Below, one piece after another: positions 47,733 to 60,177 of a stretch of DNA of 64,000 nucleotides (the stretch's first letter is position 1; each line of letters begins with the position of its first letter). The stretch lies in the NCBI GenBank assembly GCA_033763895.1, contig JANRJQ010000003.1:29791-93790 (forward strand), read 5' to 3'. The stretch comes from Chloroherpetonaceae bacterium. GTDB lineage: Bacteria; Bacteroidota; Chlorobiia; Chlorobiales; Thermochlorobacteraceae. The notes under the pieces are model-generated. The model searched no databases and was not told the DNA's origin. It saw only the letters and a program-made list of their open reading frames with translations. Made by a program: the position numbers and the translations under genes.

Positions 47733-49850
47733 TTACTTCTTGATTCCTAACTGACTCATCATATAGCCATATTCAAAAGCGAACTCTTTAATGCGATCAA
47801 ATCTGCCGGAAGAGCCCCCGTGACCTGCGCCCATATTTGTTTTCAAGAGGAGTGGTTCGTCGCCAGCTTTGAACGCCCGCATTTTGGCTGCATATTTTGC
47901 AGGCTCCCAATACATCACTTGACTATCATTCAAAGAAGTTGTGATAAGGATTGAAGGATACTTTTTTCGTTCGATGTTGCTGTATGGGCAATACGATTTC
48001 ATATAAGTAAATGCCTCTTTCTCGTTTGGGTTTCCCCATTCAATATATTCGCCCGTCGTTAGAGGTAAAGAGGCATCCAGCATTGTATTAATCACATCTA
48101 CAAATGGGACGGCAAGATGGGCAACTTTGCAAATATCAGGGCGGAGATTAAGTACCGCGCCGATTAATAGTCCTCCCGCGCTTCCTCCTTCGATTGCAAT
48201 TTGTTTGTAATCTGAATATTTATTCTTGACCAAATAATCTGCACAATCAATAAAATCTGTAAAGGTGTTTTTCTTGTTCATCATTTTGCCATTATCATGC
48301 CACTCTTCGCCCATTTCGCCGCCGCCGCGAATATGGGCTAAAGCGTATATCACCCCGCGTTGTAACAAAGATAGTCTTGAGATGCTGAAGGTTGAACTCA
48401 TTGAAATTCCATAAGAGCCATAACCGTAAAGGAGAAGCGGCGCCGTGCCGTTGCGTTTAGTTCCTTTTTTATACACGATTGAAATTGGAATTTGTGTTCC
48501 GTCTAGGGCTGTCGCAAAAACTCTTTCAGAGGTGTAAAGTGAAGCGTCGTAACCACCAACAACTTCTTGTTGTTTTAACATCGTGCGTTCACGACTATCC
48601 ATATTGTAATCATAAATCGAATTTGGGGTTACAAACGATTGATAACTAAAGCGAAGTAGGTTCGTTTTGTATTCCGGCGTGGGAGTCATATACGCACTGT
48701 AAGTCGGTTCAGGAAACGTAATGCTATGCTTTTCCATAGAAGTGAAGTTTAGGACTTCAATTTCTTGGAGGCCATTTTTACGCTCACTGACCGATAAGAA
48801 ATTTTCGAAGAGGGCAAATGATTCAATTTTTACCTCAGGTCGATGAGGAATAACTTCTACCCAATTTTTTTCTTCAGGTGAGTCGAACGGAGCGGAGACA
48901 ATCTTAAAGTTTTTGGCATTTTTATTGGTTCGGAGATAAAACAATCCATTACGATGGTCAACAGTGTATTCGTGTTTTGTTTGACGAGGAATAACAACTT
49001 TGAATTCCTCGAAAGGTTTAGAGGATTGAAGATATCTGAATTCAGAAGTTTCTGAACTAAAGCAATAAATAAAGATAAACTGCTTATCCCTTGAATTTCC
49101 AACTCCGCTTTGAAAGAGCTCGTCCCTCTCTTCATAAAGTTTTTTGGGTGAATGATTTAAGAGAGAACTTTGATAAACAAGATCACTACGTTTCGTAACA
49201 GCGTCTTCGGTTGAATAGAAAAAGGTTGCATTGTCACTCGCCCAAGCAACCGATGTCACTCGCTCGATTGAAATTGGAAGAGTTTCTCCGGTTTTAAGGT
49301 TCTTAAATTGAAGCAAATATTGGCGGAAGCCGGTTGTATCAAGAGAATAAGCCAACATTTCGCCATTTGGGCTTACTTCATAGTCGCCTAATGAAATAAA
49401 TTTTAATCCTTCACCCAATACATTTAAATCGAGAATAACTTCCTCTTTTCCTTCTGGTAAAAGTGACTTCCTGCAATAAATACCATATTGCTTTCCTTCT
49501 TCAAAGCGGGTGTAATAGGAATAATTCCCGTTTTGATATGGAACGCTCATATCCTTTTCTTTGATTCTCCCTTTGATTTCTGAATAAAGGCTATCAACAA
49601 ATGGCTTGATTTCAGAAGTCATTGAATCGGTATAAGCATTTTCTGCTTCGAGGTAAGCGATGACTTCAGGGTTTGATTTTTCACGAAGCCAGAAGTAATC
49701 GTCGACAAGTATTTCGTTGTGAATCGTATCAACTTTAGGTTTTTTTGAGGCGATTGGAGGTGTTGGTTGCTTTTTCACTGTATCAGAGCAACTGGTTAGA
49801 GTCGTAAAAATGAGCATTATGATTAAGTATTGGATAAGATTACGCATCAT
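47733..49850 (-). CDS. ptrB: Oligopeptidase B (S9A), lipoprotein
   Basis: Lipobox LTSC, DDYFWLR, YGYGSYG, GGSAGG nucleophile, D.QV.YWEPAK, AGHGG. Confidence 0.93.
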   Translation of the reverse strand: MMRNLIQYLIIMLIFTTLTSCSDTVKKQPTPPIASKKPKVDTIHNEILVDDYFWLREKSNPEVIAYLEAENAYTDSMTSEIKPFVDSLYSEIKGRIKEKDMSVPYQNGNYSYYTRFEEGKQYGIYCRKSLLPEGKEEVILDLNVLGEGLKFISLGDYEVSPNGEMLAYSLDTTGFRQYLLQFKNLKTGETLPISIERVTSVAWASDNATFFYSTEDAVTKRSDLVYQSSLLNHSPKKLYEERDELFQSGVGNSRDKQFIFIYCFSSETSEFRYLQSSKPFEEFKVVIPRQTKHEYTVDHRNGLFYLRTNKNAKNFKIVSAPFDSPEEKNWVEVIPHRPEVKIESFALFENFLSVSERKNGLQEIEVLNFTSMEKHSITFPEPTYSAYMTPTPEYKTNLLRFSYQSFVTPNSIYDYNMDSRERTMLKQQEVVGGYDASLYTSERVFATALDGTQIPISIVYKKGTKRNGTAPLLLYGYGSYGISMSSTFSISRLSLLQRGVIYALAHIRGGGEMGEEWHDNGKMMNKKNTFTDFIDCADYLVKNKYSDYKQIAIEGGSAGGLLIGAVLNLRPDICKVAHLAVPFVDVINTMLDASLPLTTGEYIEWGNPNEKEAFTYMKSYCPYSNIERKKYPSILITTSLNDSQVMYWEPAKYAAKMRAFKAGDEPLLLKTNMGAGHGGSSGRFDRIKEFAFEYGYMMSQLGIKK

Positions 49851-49872
49851 TGAAAAGATTTATGAATTCAGT

Positions 49873-52800
49873 TTAGCCGATTGCCGGAGTTTGGATTGAT
49901 GGAAGTTCTAGAGTAAAAGTACAGCCTTTTTCTTTACCGGGTGAACTTACAAAAATCTTTCCGTTATGTAAATCAACAAGTTTTTTAACAATTGATAAGC
50001 CCAGTCCTGATGATGTTTCCCCGCCGGTTGGTCTTGCAGAAAGCCGTTGAAACCTACCAAAGATTCTCTTTAAGTCGGTTTCACTCATACCCAAACCTTC
50101 GTCTCGAACTGTAAAGACAAGGACTTCAATCATGACTTCTTTCGTATTGACTTCCGGTCTTGTAAGTACAATTGAAGATGAGAAGGGATTGAGAAAACGT
50201 TGCAATTTTGATTCATTTGATTTTGATGAGGCGTCAATTAAAAATGAATGCGGCCGTGTATCACGCTTTAGTTCAATCCAAATTCTCTTTCCATTAGGTG
50301 AAAATTTGATCGCGTTGCTGATGATGTTTTCTATGATTTGATCGAATCTGCGTTCATCAATTATTGCATAGCAATTGGGCTCAATATTGCAAATCAGAGT
50401 TTGGTTTTTCTTTTCTGAAGACTGCCGCTGAAGTTTGACGGTTTGCTCGATAACTTTTGAAATATTGTACGCAAGAAAATTCAACTTAAGAGAAGAGGAA
50501 TCAAGTTGTACCGTTTCCAATAGATCGGAAATAAGGCTAAACATTCGTTGTGAAGCTTTTGAGATGTATTCAGAAAGTTCTGCCACATTACTCTCTTTCG
50601 GAACATCTTCTTTAATCAGCGTTGCGAATCCTTGAATGGTTTGAAGCGGGTTTCGAAGGTCGTGCGCTGCCAGCCCAAGGAGTTCGGTTTTAAATCGATT
50701 GGCTTCTTCTGCAAGTTCCTTTTGTTCATTCATTTCTCGAAGCGCAGTCGCCAATTCTTGAGTTCTTTCTTTCACCAATTGCTCCAAGCGATCGGCGCGC
50801 TTTCGCTCTCTAATTACACGGTACGAATAAAAACCTACTGAAGAAAAAACGATGAAGATACCTACAAGAGTAATAAACCATCGAGAAAGGTAAAAAGGTG
50901 GAATGACTTCAATGCGTATAGCACGTTCATTGGCGTAGCTCCAAATGCCATCACTGTTCGTTCCAACAACGCGAAGCACATGTGTTCCGGGGTTTAACTT
51001 GGCAAAAGTGATAGTGCGATTTGTACCTACTTCATTCCATTCTTTTGACTTATCAAACTTATAACGAAATCGATTCTTGACGGGTGCTTGAAAATCGAGA
51101 GAAGAAAATTCGAGAGTTAAAGGGTCATCGATATATGAAATTTGGATTGAACTATCACTAAGTCGATTCAGGTTAATCGAATTCATCCCTTGCCGTATAT
51201 CCGTAATGACAAGCTTTGGGGAATACGGATTCTTCTTGATTTGGGAAGGATAAAACGAATGAAGCCCATTAACGCCACCAAAAAATAACTCATGATCTTT
51301 TGATTGAAAGAATGACTTTCGGTTGAATTCCATTGAAAGTAATCCATCATCGGTTGTGTAATATTCAAAACTTCTTGTCCTTGGATTGAACGAGCAAATT
51401 CCGGCATCGCTGCTTATCCACCAATTTCCGTTTTCATCATCCAATGCCCCATAACAATTATTATGAGGAAGGCCTTGTTCTTTAGAAATTACTTCAATCA
51501 CTTTAAGAGAAGTGGTACAGACTAAAATTCCTTTTCCTTTTGTGACTATTCTTAAAGTGGTATCGGTTAGAGAGGTAATTTGTGAGATGAGTAAATTCGG
51601 GGTTTGAAAGGCATTTAATAAAAGTGAATCCAAAGAACGAAAGACTTTGGTTTCGGGGTGATAAGCAAATCCGCTGTTAGTGGCTCCAAACCATAGCGTG
51701 CCATCTTTTGTTTCAAAAATGTCTTGAATTGCATTGTGATAATTTTGCAATTCAAATGATAAAAAATTTGTTTCTACATATTTTTTTCGATCAGGGGTTA
51801 AGTAACAAATGGGACTAGAGCCAAGCCACAATCGCTGTTTTGAATCTTCAAAAATCGTGTTTATCTGATGAAATGATTGAACAATTGGGAATTTGTCGAA
51901 ACGGTTCGCTTTTCGATTAAACTTGTATAAGTAAAATTTACCAACACCGCCAGCCCAAATGTCACCTTTTTTATCTTCTAAAATTGCCCAACTTCCAATT
52001 TGATTTGGTATTGAATAGCGCTGAATATCTTTTCTATTCGGCGATATTCTATGAATGCTTCCAAATTGAGTGCAAATCCAAATGAAATTTTCCCGATCTT
52101 TAATGACCCCTCGCATAAAGGCATTATCTACTGAAAGCGGATCAAGATATTGTGACGAGTATGATGCAAATTTATTTTGATATGGCGCAAAATAATTGAC
52201 ACCACTCGTAAACGATCCAATCCAAAATACCCCAGATCGATCTTCAAAAAGACACGAAATAAAGTTATCGTGTAAAGTATTGCGGGAATTTGCGTTTCGG
52301 GCGTAAGTCCACTTTTTTTGTGCATCAGAATCATAAATATAAAACCCGCTTGACATGTCCTTATTTACAATTGCAACAGCAATGTGATTTGACTTCATCG
52401 AGACAATATCATAGCATTCAGAAAATTTGAAGGTGTCAATATTTGAAACGGTGATTGGAATATTTTCAGAAGCGACTAAGGGATTTGTGCATTTTCCCAA
52501 AAAGATTGAACCTAAATTTTTTGAGGAAAGGAAGGGTGTTACAAAGTCACTTTCGCTGAATGCATCATTGCTATAACTAAACCAAAGAGAACCATCAGTA
52601 TGAAAATGAATATTTTCTATCCATCGAAAACCCTTGTTCATTGAAACGGGCTTGAATGATTCTTTGTATGGCTCAAAAATGTATAATCCGCCAAAACCGT
52701 GAGACAACCATAAATTTCCGGCTTTATCAAAAGCGATGTTCCGCCCATCATACTCATCAATCATGTTTAATGGGGAATTCCAAAATTTATACGGAATTTG

Positions 52801-53388
52801 GGGTAATGAAAAAGCTGAAACCGCTAAAGTCTTTGTCGAAATTTTATAAAGTTGATGCGCTGTAAGTACCCAAATATGATTGGTATCAATACTTGTAATG
52901 GAAAGAATTTGGCTAAATCGGGGGAGATGCGATACCTTTTCAAAGGGTAGCTTGATTCGTAAAAATTGTTCTTTTCTATCCAAGTATAGATTAAGTCCAT
53001 TTCTTGTTCCTACCCAAAATCGATTTGACTGATCAACATAAAGCGAACTGATATCTGAATCAGAAAGGGATGTCGAATCATTCGGAAGATTGATAAAAAC
53101 CTTAAAACGATAGCCATCATAACGATTAAGACCATCTCCGGTAGCAATCCAAATAAATCCGGTGCCATCTTGAATAATTTTATTTACACCTGAATTCGAA
53201 AGCCCATCAGCCGAAGTAAGAGAAGAAAAGTCAGCATTTTCCGGAATTGGAGGCAATTGAGCAAATAGCGAGTTAAAAAAAATGAGAGAAAAAAATGTGA
53301 ATAGAATGATCAATTTGGAATACCATACTGAACCCCGAGGTCGAATGATTTTTGGGATCAAATGCATCAAGGAGAAGTAAGTTTCCAT
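49873..53388 (-). CDS. Periplasmic beta-propeller (Reg_prop/YYY) sensor histidine kinase
   Basis: QDGTGFIWIATGDGLNRYDGY repeats, Y_Y_Y domain, TM, AAHDLRNPL H-box, NAIKFS, DEGLG, SSGLGL. Confidence 0.92.
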   Translation of the reverse strand: METYFSLMHLIPKIIRPRGSVWYSKLIILFTFFSLIFFNSLFAQLPPIPENADFSSLTSADGLSNSGVNKIIQDGTGFIWIATGDGLNRYDGYRFKVFINLPNDSTSLSDSDISSLYVDQSNRFWVGTRNGLNLYLDRKEQFLRIKLPFEKVSHLPRFSQILSITSIDTNHIWVLTAHQLYKISTKTLAVSAFSLPQIPYKFWNSPLNMIDEYDGRNIAFDKAGNLWLSHGFGGLYIFEPYKESFKPVSMNKGFRWIENIHFHTDGSLWFSYSNDAFSESDFVTPFLSSKNLGSIFLGKCTNPLVASENIPITVSNIDTFKFSECYDIVSMKSNHIAVAIVNKDMSSGFYIYDSDAQKKWTYARNANSRNTLHDNFISCLFEDRSGVFWIGSFTSGVNYFAPYQNKFASYSSQYLDPLSVDNAFMRGVIKDRENFIWICTQFGSIHRISPNRKDIQRYSIPNQIGSWAILEDKKGDIWAGGVGKFYLYKFNRKANRFDKFPIVQSFHQINTIFEDSKQRLWLGSSPICYLTPDRKKYVETNFLSFELQNYHNAIQDIFETKDGTLWFGATNSGFAYHPETKVFRSLDSLLLNAFQTPNLLISQITSLTDTTLRIVTKGKGILVCTTSLKVIEVISKEQGLPHNNCYGALDDENGNWWISSDAGICSFNPRTRSFEYYTTDDGLLSMEFNRKSFFQSKDHELFFGGVNGLHSFYPSQIKKNPYSPKLVITDIRQGMNSINLNRLSDSSIQISYIDDPLTLEFSSLDFQAPVKNRFRYKFDKSKEWNEVGTNRTITFAKLNPGTHVLRVVGTNSDGIWSYANERAIRIEVIPPFYLSRWFITLVGIFIVFSSVGFYSYRVIRERKRADRLEQLVKERTQELATALREMNEQKELAEEANRFKTELLGLAAHDLRNPLQTIQGFATLIKEDVPKESNVAELSEYISKASQRMFSLISDLLETVQLDSSSLKLNFLAYNISKVIEQTVKLQRQSSEKKNQTLICNIEPNCYAIIDERRFDQIIENIISNAIKFSPNGKRIWIELKRDTRPHSFLIDASSKSNESKLQRFLNPFSSSIVLTRPEVNTKEVMIEVLVFTVRDEGLGMSETDLKRIFGRFQRLSARPTGGETSSGLGLSIVKKLVDLHNGKIFVSSPGKEKGCTFTLELPSIQTPAIG

Positions 53389-53566
53389 TCGAGTTACAAG
53401 AAGTTAAAAAAGACAATGGGTTTCACCCCAAATACGCCAATAAATAAGATTAAAAGGATTTTTTGAATTTGAAAGCTGGTATTATTCAATTCAGAATTCT
53501 TACAAGATAAATCCCAAATCATTGACAAAACTCGAAGGAAACTTTGATCTCTGCTCCTTCAAGCGC

Positions 53567-55084
<1,518 letters not shown>

Positions 55085-55149
55085 TTATTAGCGGGTAAAC
55101 TTAAAAATACGAATAAGGAAGGGCAGCGCAAACAATTACTGAAATAACA

Positions 55150-55176
55150 AAAGAGCCAACTTGTCGTTGGCTCTTT
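55150..55176 (-). terminator. Intrinsic terminator downstream of the RND gene
   Basis: aaagagccaac-ttgtc-gttggctcttt, 11-bp stem, followed by Ts on the minus strand. Confidence 0.8.
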
Positions 55177-55187
55177 ATAGAAGTTCT

Positions 55188-58100
55188 TTAATCTGCATTT
55201 ACAGGGCTAGGCTCTGAACCCGAAATCGCAGAAGGCTTTTTGCGTAAAAACGGGAGTTCTTCCAGCCTGAGTTTCAATCGGTCGAAGGTTTGATACACAA
55301 TCGGAACCAAAAGTAAGGTCAATAACATTGAACTTGTCAGACCTCCAATGAGTACCCAAGCCAAACCCGTTTTCCACTCCGAGCCTGCGGAGGTTGATAA
55401 AGCGATAGGCATCATACCAAAAATCATCGTGAGGGTTGTCATCAAAATTGGGCGAAGTCTTTCGCGACCTGCTTCTAAGAGCGCATCACGAGTATTCATC
55501 CCTTCCTCCTTAAGTTTATTGGTAAAGTCCACCAAGAGAATGGCATTTTTAGCAACTAAACCAATGAGCATTATCATGCCGAGCATTGAAAAGATACTCA
55601 AGGTTTTTGCAGCGAGCCCTAATCCAAACATTGCACCGATTCCAGCAAGTGGAATTGAGAAGAGAACCACAAAAGGATAAAGATAAGAATTATAAAGGGC
55701 AACCATAATAAGGTACACAAATGTAATTCCAGCGAGCATTGCAAGTCCAAGACTGCCAAAAGAATCCCCTTGGTTTTTCAATTGACCCTGTGGTGCAATG
55801 GTAACGCCTGCTGGTATTGAAGTGGTCTTTAACTTTCCTTGTACTTCCTGCCAAATGCTTCCACTTGCACGACCTGCGACTTGCGAGAGCACGGTTACGG
55901 CGGTATTTCGATCCCGTCGTTGAAGTTTTGTTGGCCCCGTGGTTTGATAAATATTTGCAAACTGTTTGAGTTCAATAATTTGACCCTTTGGATTCACAAA
56001 AGTAAGAGAACCAATAAAGTCTGTATTCGAACGGTCAAATTCATCCAATTGAACTCGAATATCATATTCGGTTTCGCCATCACGATATTTTGCATCTTCA
56101 TCACCACTAAGTAAAACGCGAAGTGAGCCTCCTACATCAGCGATGGATAGACCAAATTGTGACATCTTATTTCGATCAATTTCTATCCTTGTTTCTGGTT
56201 TTCCATCTTCCGAAGAAAGACGAACATCGGTTGTACCTTTGGTTTGTTTAATTACTTCTTTGAGAACTTCTGCTCCAACTCTAACACTATCCCTATTCGT
56301 GCCACTTACAACCAATTGAATTGGGGTTTCATCAGCTGAGCCGAAAATTCCTATAGTATTGATTCGAATTTTAGCCCCGGGGATGTTTTTCGTTTGAGTT
56401 TTAATATAAAGACCAACATCGGAAGTTGATCTCATGCCCTTTGCTTCTCTTTCAGCTTTGGGTAAAAGTGAAACATTAATATCGGCGATATTACTTGATG
56501 AGAAGTTCAAAAAACCATCGGCTGAAGCACCAACATTGGCAGAGACTTTCACAACTTCAGGAATATCGCGAATCATTGTCTCTACTTGTTGAGAAATCAG
56601 ATTTGTTTCTTCTAATGAAGTCGATGGCGGTAATTCTATCCCTACTGAAAATTCTCCCCGATCAGATTGAGTGATAAATTCAAATCCCACATACCCAAGT
56701 GGCATCAATGAACATGAGGCAAAAAGCAATAGTATTGAACTTGTACCAATCACCCAACCTCGTTTAAGACTCCAAGCCAATAACTCTTTATAGAAGTCAG
56801 CAATTTTCGAATAAATATTTTCAAAAAAGGCACCGAAAGTTCCCAATAAAGTCCCGTTTCCGATTGGTTCAAATTTTGAAATCCGCGACGCTAAAACAGG
56901 AGTTATCGTAAACGAAACAAGAAGACTGAAAAGGGTAGAGACCACAATCACAATAGCAAATTGACGCATAATATTCCCGATAATTCCGCCACTAAAGGCA
57001 AGAGGGAGAAAGACCACGACATCAACAAGCGTTATCGATAGTGCCGTAAATCCGATTTCTTCTCTGCCCTTCAAAGCAGCCGTGCGTTTGTCATCTCCCA
57101 TTTCAAGATGACGGTAAATATTTTCAAGCACCACAATCGAATCGTCAACCCAAATTCCAACGGCCAACGAGAGTGCCAAGAGCGTCATCAAATTCAAAGT
57201 GAAGCCCATAAAGTACATGACGGTAAATGTAGAAATGAGCGATGCGGGAATTGCAACCATCACGATAAAAGAATTGCGAATGCTATGAAGAAATACAAGC
57301 ATTACAAGTGCAACCAAAAGAACGGCGATCATTAAATCGTGCTTAACGGCATCGGCAGCATCAACTGTGAATAGAGAGTTGTCTTGGGCAATATCAAATT
57401 TTAGTCCCTTTTCAGCGTGCAGTGATTCAAGTTCTGCAATTTTTTTCTTTGCTAGCTTTGAAACCTCAACGGTATTGGCTTCAGAGCCCTTTGAAATAAA
57501 CATTCCTATTGAGGTCTTGCCGTTGATTCGATTGATATTTTTATATTCCTTTTGCCCATCGCGAATTTCAGCGATATCGTTTAAGCGAACATCACCACCT
57601 TGCTTTGAGCGAGCAACAATGAGTTCGCGAAGTTCTTCAATGGAAGCAAACTTCCCTGCCAAACGAACCACAAATTGGCCATCGGTATCTTTTATTCTTC
57701 CCGTTGGAAAATCAAGATTCGAATTTTTGATGGCTTGTGTAACTTGTAGAATTGAAATTCCATAAGAACGAAGCTTCGCCGCGTCCACATTAACTTTTAT
57801 CTCTCGTTCATCGCCACCAAGAAGGGTAATTTGAGCCACTCCAGCGACGCGCGCGAGTTCGGGCTTGACATAGTCTTTTACAAATTGATAAAACTCCCGT
57901 GGAGCCATATTTCCTGTCACTCCGGCACGAATAACAGGAACTTCATCAAGAGCGAATTTTGAGAGTATCGGTGGTTTTGAATCTTTTGGAAGCAAGGCAA
58001 CAATTTCATTCACCTTTCGCTGCGCGTCTTGCAAGGCAACGTCAATTTTTGCCGCTTGATCAAATTCGACGGTCACAACAGAATTCCCTTCGCTTGAGGT

Positions 58101-58346
58101 TGAGGTTATAGTTACAACTTTATCCAAACCGGAAACAGCATCTTCGATGTATTTGGTAATCCCTGTTTCAACTTCATTCGGAGAAGCCCCGGAGTAACTC
58201 GTTGTAATAATGACAACCGGTGGAGAAATTTTTGGCAGGAGTTCATAACTCAGTTGTGTGTAACTAAACGCTCCGAGAAGACCCAACACCGCAAAAAGAA
58301 CGACAACAAGGGTCGGGCGTTTGATAAATAAACCTGTAAATGACAT
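55188..58346 (-). CDS. RND efflux transporter permease (AcrB family)
   Basis: 1052 aa, VDDSIVVLENI, KNAILLVDF and RLRPILMT motifs. Confidence 0.96.
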   Translation of the reverse strand: MSFTGLFIKRPTLVVVLFAVLGLLGAFSYTQLSYELLPKISPPVVIITTSYSGASPNEVETGITKYIEDAVSGLDKVVTITSTSSEGNSVVTVEFDQAAKIDVALQDAQRKVNEIVALLPKDSKPPILSKFALDEVPVIRAGVTGNMAPREFYQFVKDYVKPELARVAGVAQITLLGGDEREIKVNVDAAKLRSYGISILQVTQAIKNSNLDFPTGRIKDTDGQFVVRLAGKFASIEELRELIVARSKQGGDVRLNDIAEIRDGQKEYKNINRINGKTSIGMFISKGSEANTVEVSKLAKKKIAELESLHAEKGLKFDIAQDNSLFTVDAADAVKHDLMIAVLLVALVMLVFLHSIRNSFIVMVAIPASLISTFTVMYFMGFTLNLMTLLALSLAVGIWVDDSIVVLENIYRHLEMGDDKRTAALKGREEIGFTALSITLVDVVVFLPLAFSGGIIGNIMRQFAIVIVVSTLFSLLVSFTITPVLASRISKFEPIGNGTLLGTFGAFFENIYSKIADFYKELLAWSLKRGWVIGTSSILLLFASCSLMPLGYVGFEFITQSDRGEFSVGIELPPSTSLEETNLISQQVETMIRDIPEVVKVSANVGASADGFLNFSSSNIADINVSLLPKAEREAKGMRSTSDVGLYIKTQTKNIPGAKIRINTIGIFGSADETPIQLVVSGTNRDSVRVGAEVLKEVIKQTKGTTDVRLSSEDGKPETRIEIDRNKMSQFGLSIADVGGSLRVLLSGDEDAKYRDGETEYDIRVQLDEFDRSNTDFIGSLTFVNPKGQIIELKQFANIYQTTGPTKLQRRDRNTAVTVLSQVAGRASGSIWQEVQGKLKTTSIPAGVTIAPQGQLKNQGDSFGSLGLAMLAGITFVYLIMVALYNSYLYPFVVLFSIPLAGIGAMFGLGLAAKTLSIFSMLGMIMLIGLVAKNAILLVDFTNKLKEEGMNTRDALLEAGRERLRPILMTTLTMIFGMMPIALSTSAGSEWKTGLAWVLIGGLTSSMLLTLLLVPIVYQTFDRLKLRLEELPFLRKKPSAISGSEPSPVNAD

Positions 58347-58363
58347 ATTTTTTTGGGTTAAGT

Positions 58364-59428
58364 TTATTTTGAAATCGCAACAACTGAATAACCTTCGCGC
58401 AAATTATTTTGACCTGATACGACAACGGTCTCGCCTTCTTTTAATCCGCTGAGTACTTCTAAATTTTTACCCGATTCTCTTCCAACAACAATAGAACGGA
58501 GCTTTGCTATATTTTCTTCAACCACAAAGACTTGAGGATTCTTAACACTACCAATCAGGGCTTCTCTTGGAACCATTAAAGCATCCCGATTTTTGAGGGA
58601 TTCAAAATTTACTTTCGCGAACATCCCTGCTTTTAAAGGGTAATTTCTATCGCGATTTTCAATCATAATCTCAACCGGAAAAGTATGTGCTTCATCGCCT
58701 TTTGCACTGATGCTTTGAATGCGTCCTTCAAACTGCTTACCCGGAAATACATCAAGATCGATTGTAACTTTATCACCCTCTTTTAACTTGAATACATCAG
58801 ATTCAGTTACTAATACCTTTACCTTTAAGCGTGAGATATCAACGACATTCCCTATCAGCATACCTTGGCTGATATAGGCGCCGACATCAACTTTTCGTTC
58901 TGTTAAATATCCTGATATCGGTGTGGTGATTTTCGTATCAGAGTACGCCCTTTTTGCAATGATATATTGAGACTCCGCTGATTGCGTGGCATAGCGAAAC
59001 TGCTCAATTTGAGCAACAGAAATGGCATTCTGTCGAAAGAGTTCCTCGTATCGATCTAAATCTTTTTTTGACTTTTCGTAACTCACGCGAGCAGTCTCAT
59101 AATTGGCTTTTTTAACTTCATCATCCACTTGGATGACCACAGACCCAGAGTTACGGAAGTCTCCAACTTTGGCAAATACAGCCGTGACTCGTCCCTGAGT
59201 TTCTGAAATCAGCGGGACATCGTTATTGGCGATTGTTGTCCCAACAATTGAAAGCGCCTCTGTAAAAGAGCTTCTTTGAATTTGACCTGTTGAGACCGTG
59301 ATGGCGCGTTCGGTTTCTTGACTTGCCTCCGCTTTTGCTTCACTAATTGATTTATTGTGTTGAAGGGTATAGATTATTGCTGCTATGAGTACAGCAATCG
59401 CGCCAAATGCAATGAGTTTGTTTCGCAT
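58364..59428 (-). CDS. RND efflux periplasmic adaptor (membrane fusion protein)
   Basis: N-terminal anchor, lipoyl-hairpin architecture, LKAGMFAKV, GLKEGETVVVSG. Confidence 0.94.
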   Translation of the reverse strand: MRNKLIAFGAIAVLIAAIIYTLQHNKSISEAKAEASQETERAITVSTGQIQRSSFTEALSIVGTTIANNDVPLISETQGRVTAVFAKVGDFRNSGSVVIQVDDEVKKANYETARVSYEKSKKDLDRYEELFRQNAISVAQIEQFRYATQSAESQYIIAKRAYSDTKITTPISGYLTERKVDVGAYISQGMLIGNVVDISRLKVKVLVTESDVFKLKEGDKVTIDLDVFPGKQFEGRIQSISAKGDEAHTFPVEIMIENRDRNYPLKAGMFAKVNFESLKNRDALMVPREALIGSVKNPQVFVVEENIAKLRSIVVGRESGKNLEVLSGLKEGETVVVSGQNNLREGYSVVAISK

Positions 59429-59468
59429 AAATGAGTTTGATTTGAAATTGTTCGATAAAAGTTCTATA

Positions 59469-60122
59469 TCATTTGTTTGTCTCCATCTTGTTGCTCATGC
59501 CGTCAAGCAGCATGTTGGCAACCTCTGTGACAAAAGTTTCAGGGGGTAAATCAAGAGTCATATCTAATTTTGAACACTTTTCGACAGACATAATGACGGC
59601 CCCTAATGTGGCCGCCCAAAGCATTAACATTAAGTCTTTGCTTGATACATCAGAACGGAGCAAACCCTTCGCTTGTGCTTCAAGAATTAAATTTTCAATC
59701 GTTGAGATGGAGGCTCGGCGCATTTCACGAAACTGTTGAAGTTTTTCTGCATCAACTTTGCTTTCCATTGCCCCCATATCCATCATCATAAAAATTCGCC
59801 AATAATCGCGGTGTTTATCAGTAAAATGAAAATAGGCGCGAGCCGTAGCTTTGAGTTTATCGAGTACATCAACTTCAGAGTCTATTGCAGATTTCATCAT
59901 TTCATTCAGTAACTGAGTCCCTTCCTCAACCAACGAAATGTAAAGCTCGTCTTTACTCTTGAAATAAAGGTAGAGTGTCCCTTTGGCTAAAGTGGCGGTT
60001 TCAGCAACCTTTTCCATTGATGTGTGCTCAAATCCCAATCGAAAAAAAACTTCTCTTGCAGCATTGAGGATTTCCTTCCGACGCTCAGCCTTTTCTTTCT
60101 CTTTACGTTCTGTGATATTCAT
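59469..60122 (-). CDS. TetR/AcrR family transcriptional regulator
   Basis: ILNAAREVF...TSMEKVA...AKGTLYLYFKSKDEL HTH. Confidence 0.96.
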   Translation of the reverse strand: MNITERKEKEKAERRKEILNAAREVFFRLGFEHTSMEKVAETATLAKGTLYLYFKSKDELYISLVEEGTQLLNEMMKSAIDSEVDVLDKLKATARAYFHFTDKHRDYWRIFMMMDMGAMESKVDAEKLQQFREMRRASISTIENLILEAQAKGLLRSDVSSKDLMLMLWAATLGAVIMSVEKCSKLDMTLDLPPETFVTEVANMLLDGMSNKMETNK

Positions 60123-60177
60123 TGATAAATAATCTGTCCTTTAATGACCTGTATCAAATGTTTAGTGACCTGAAAAT

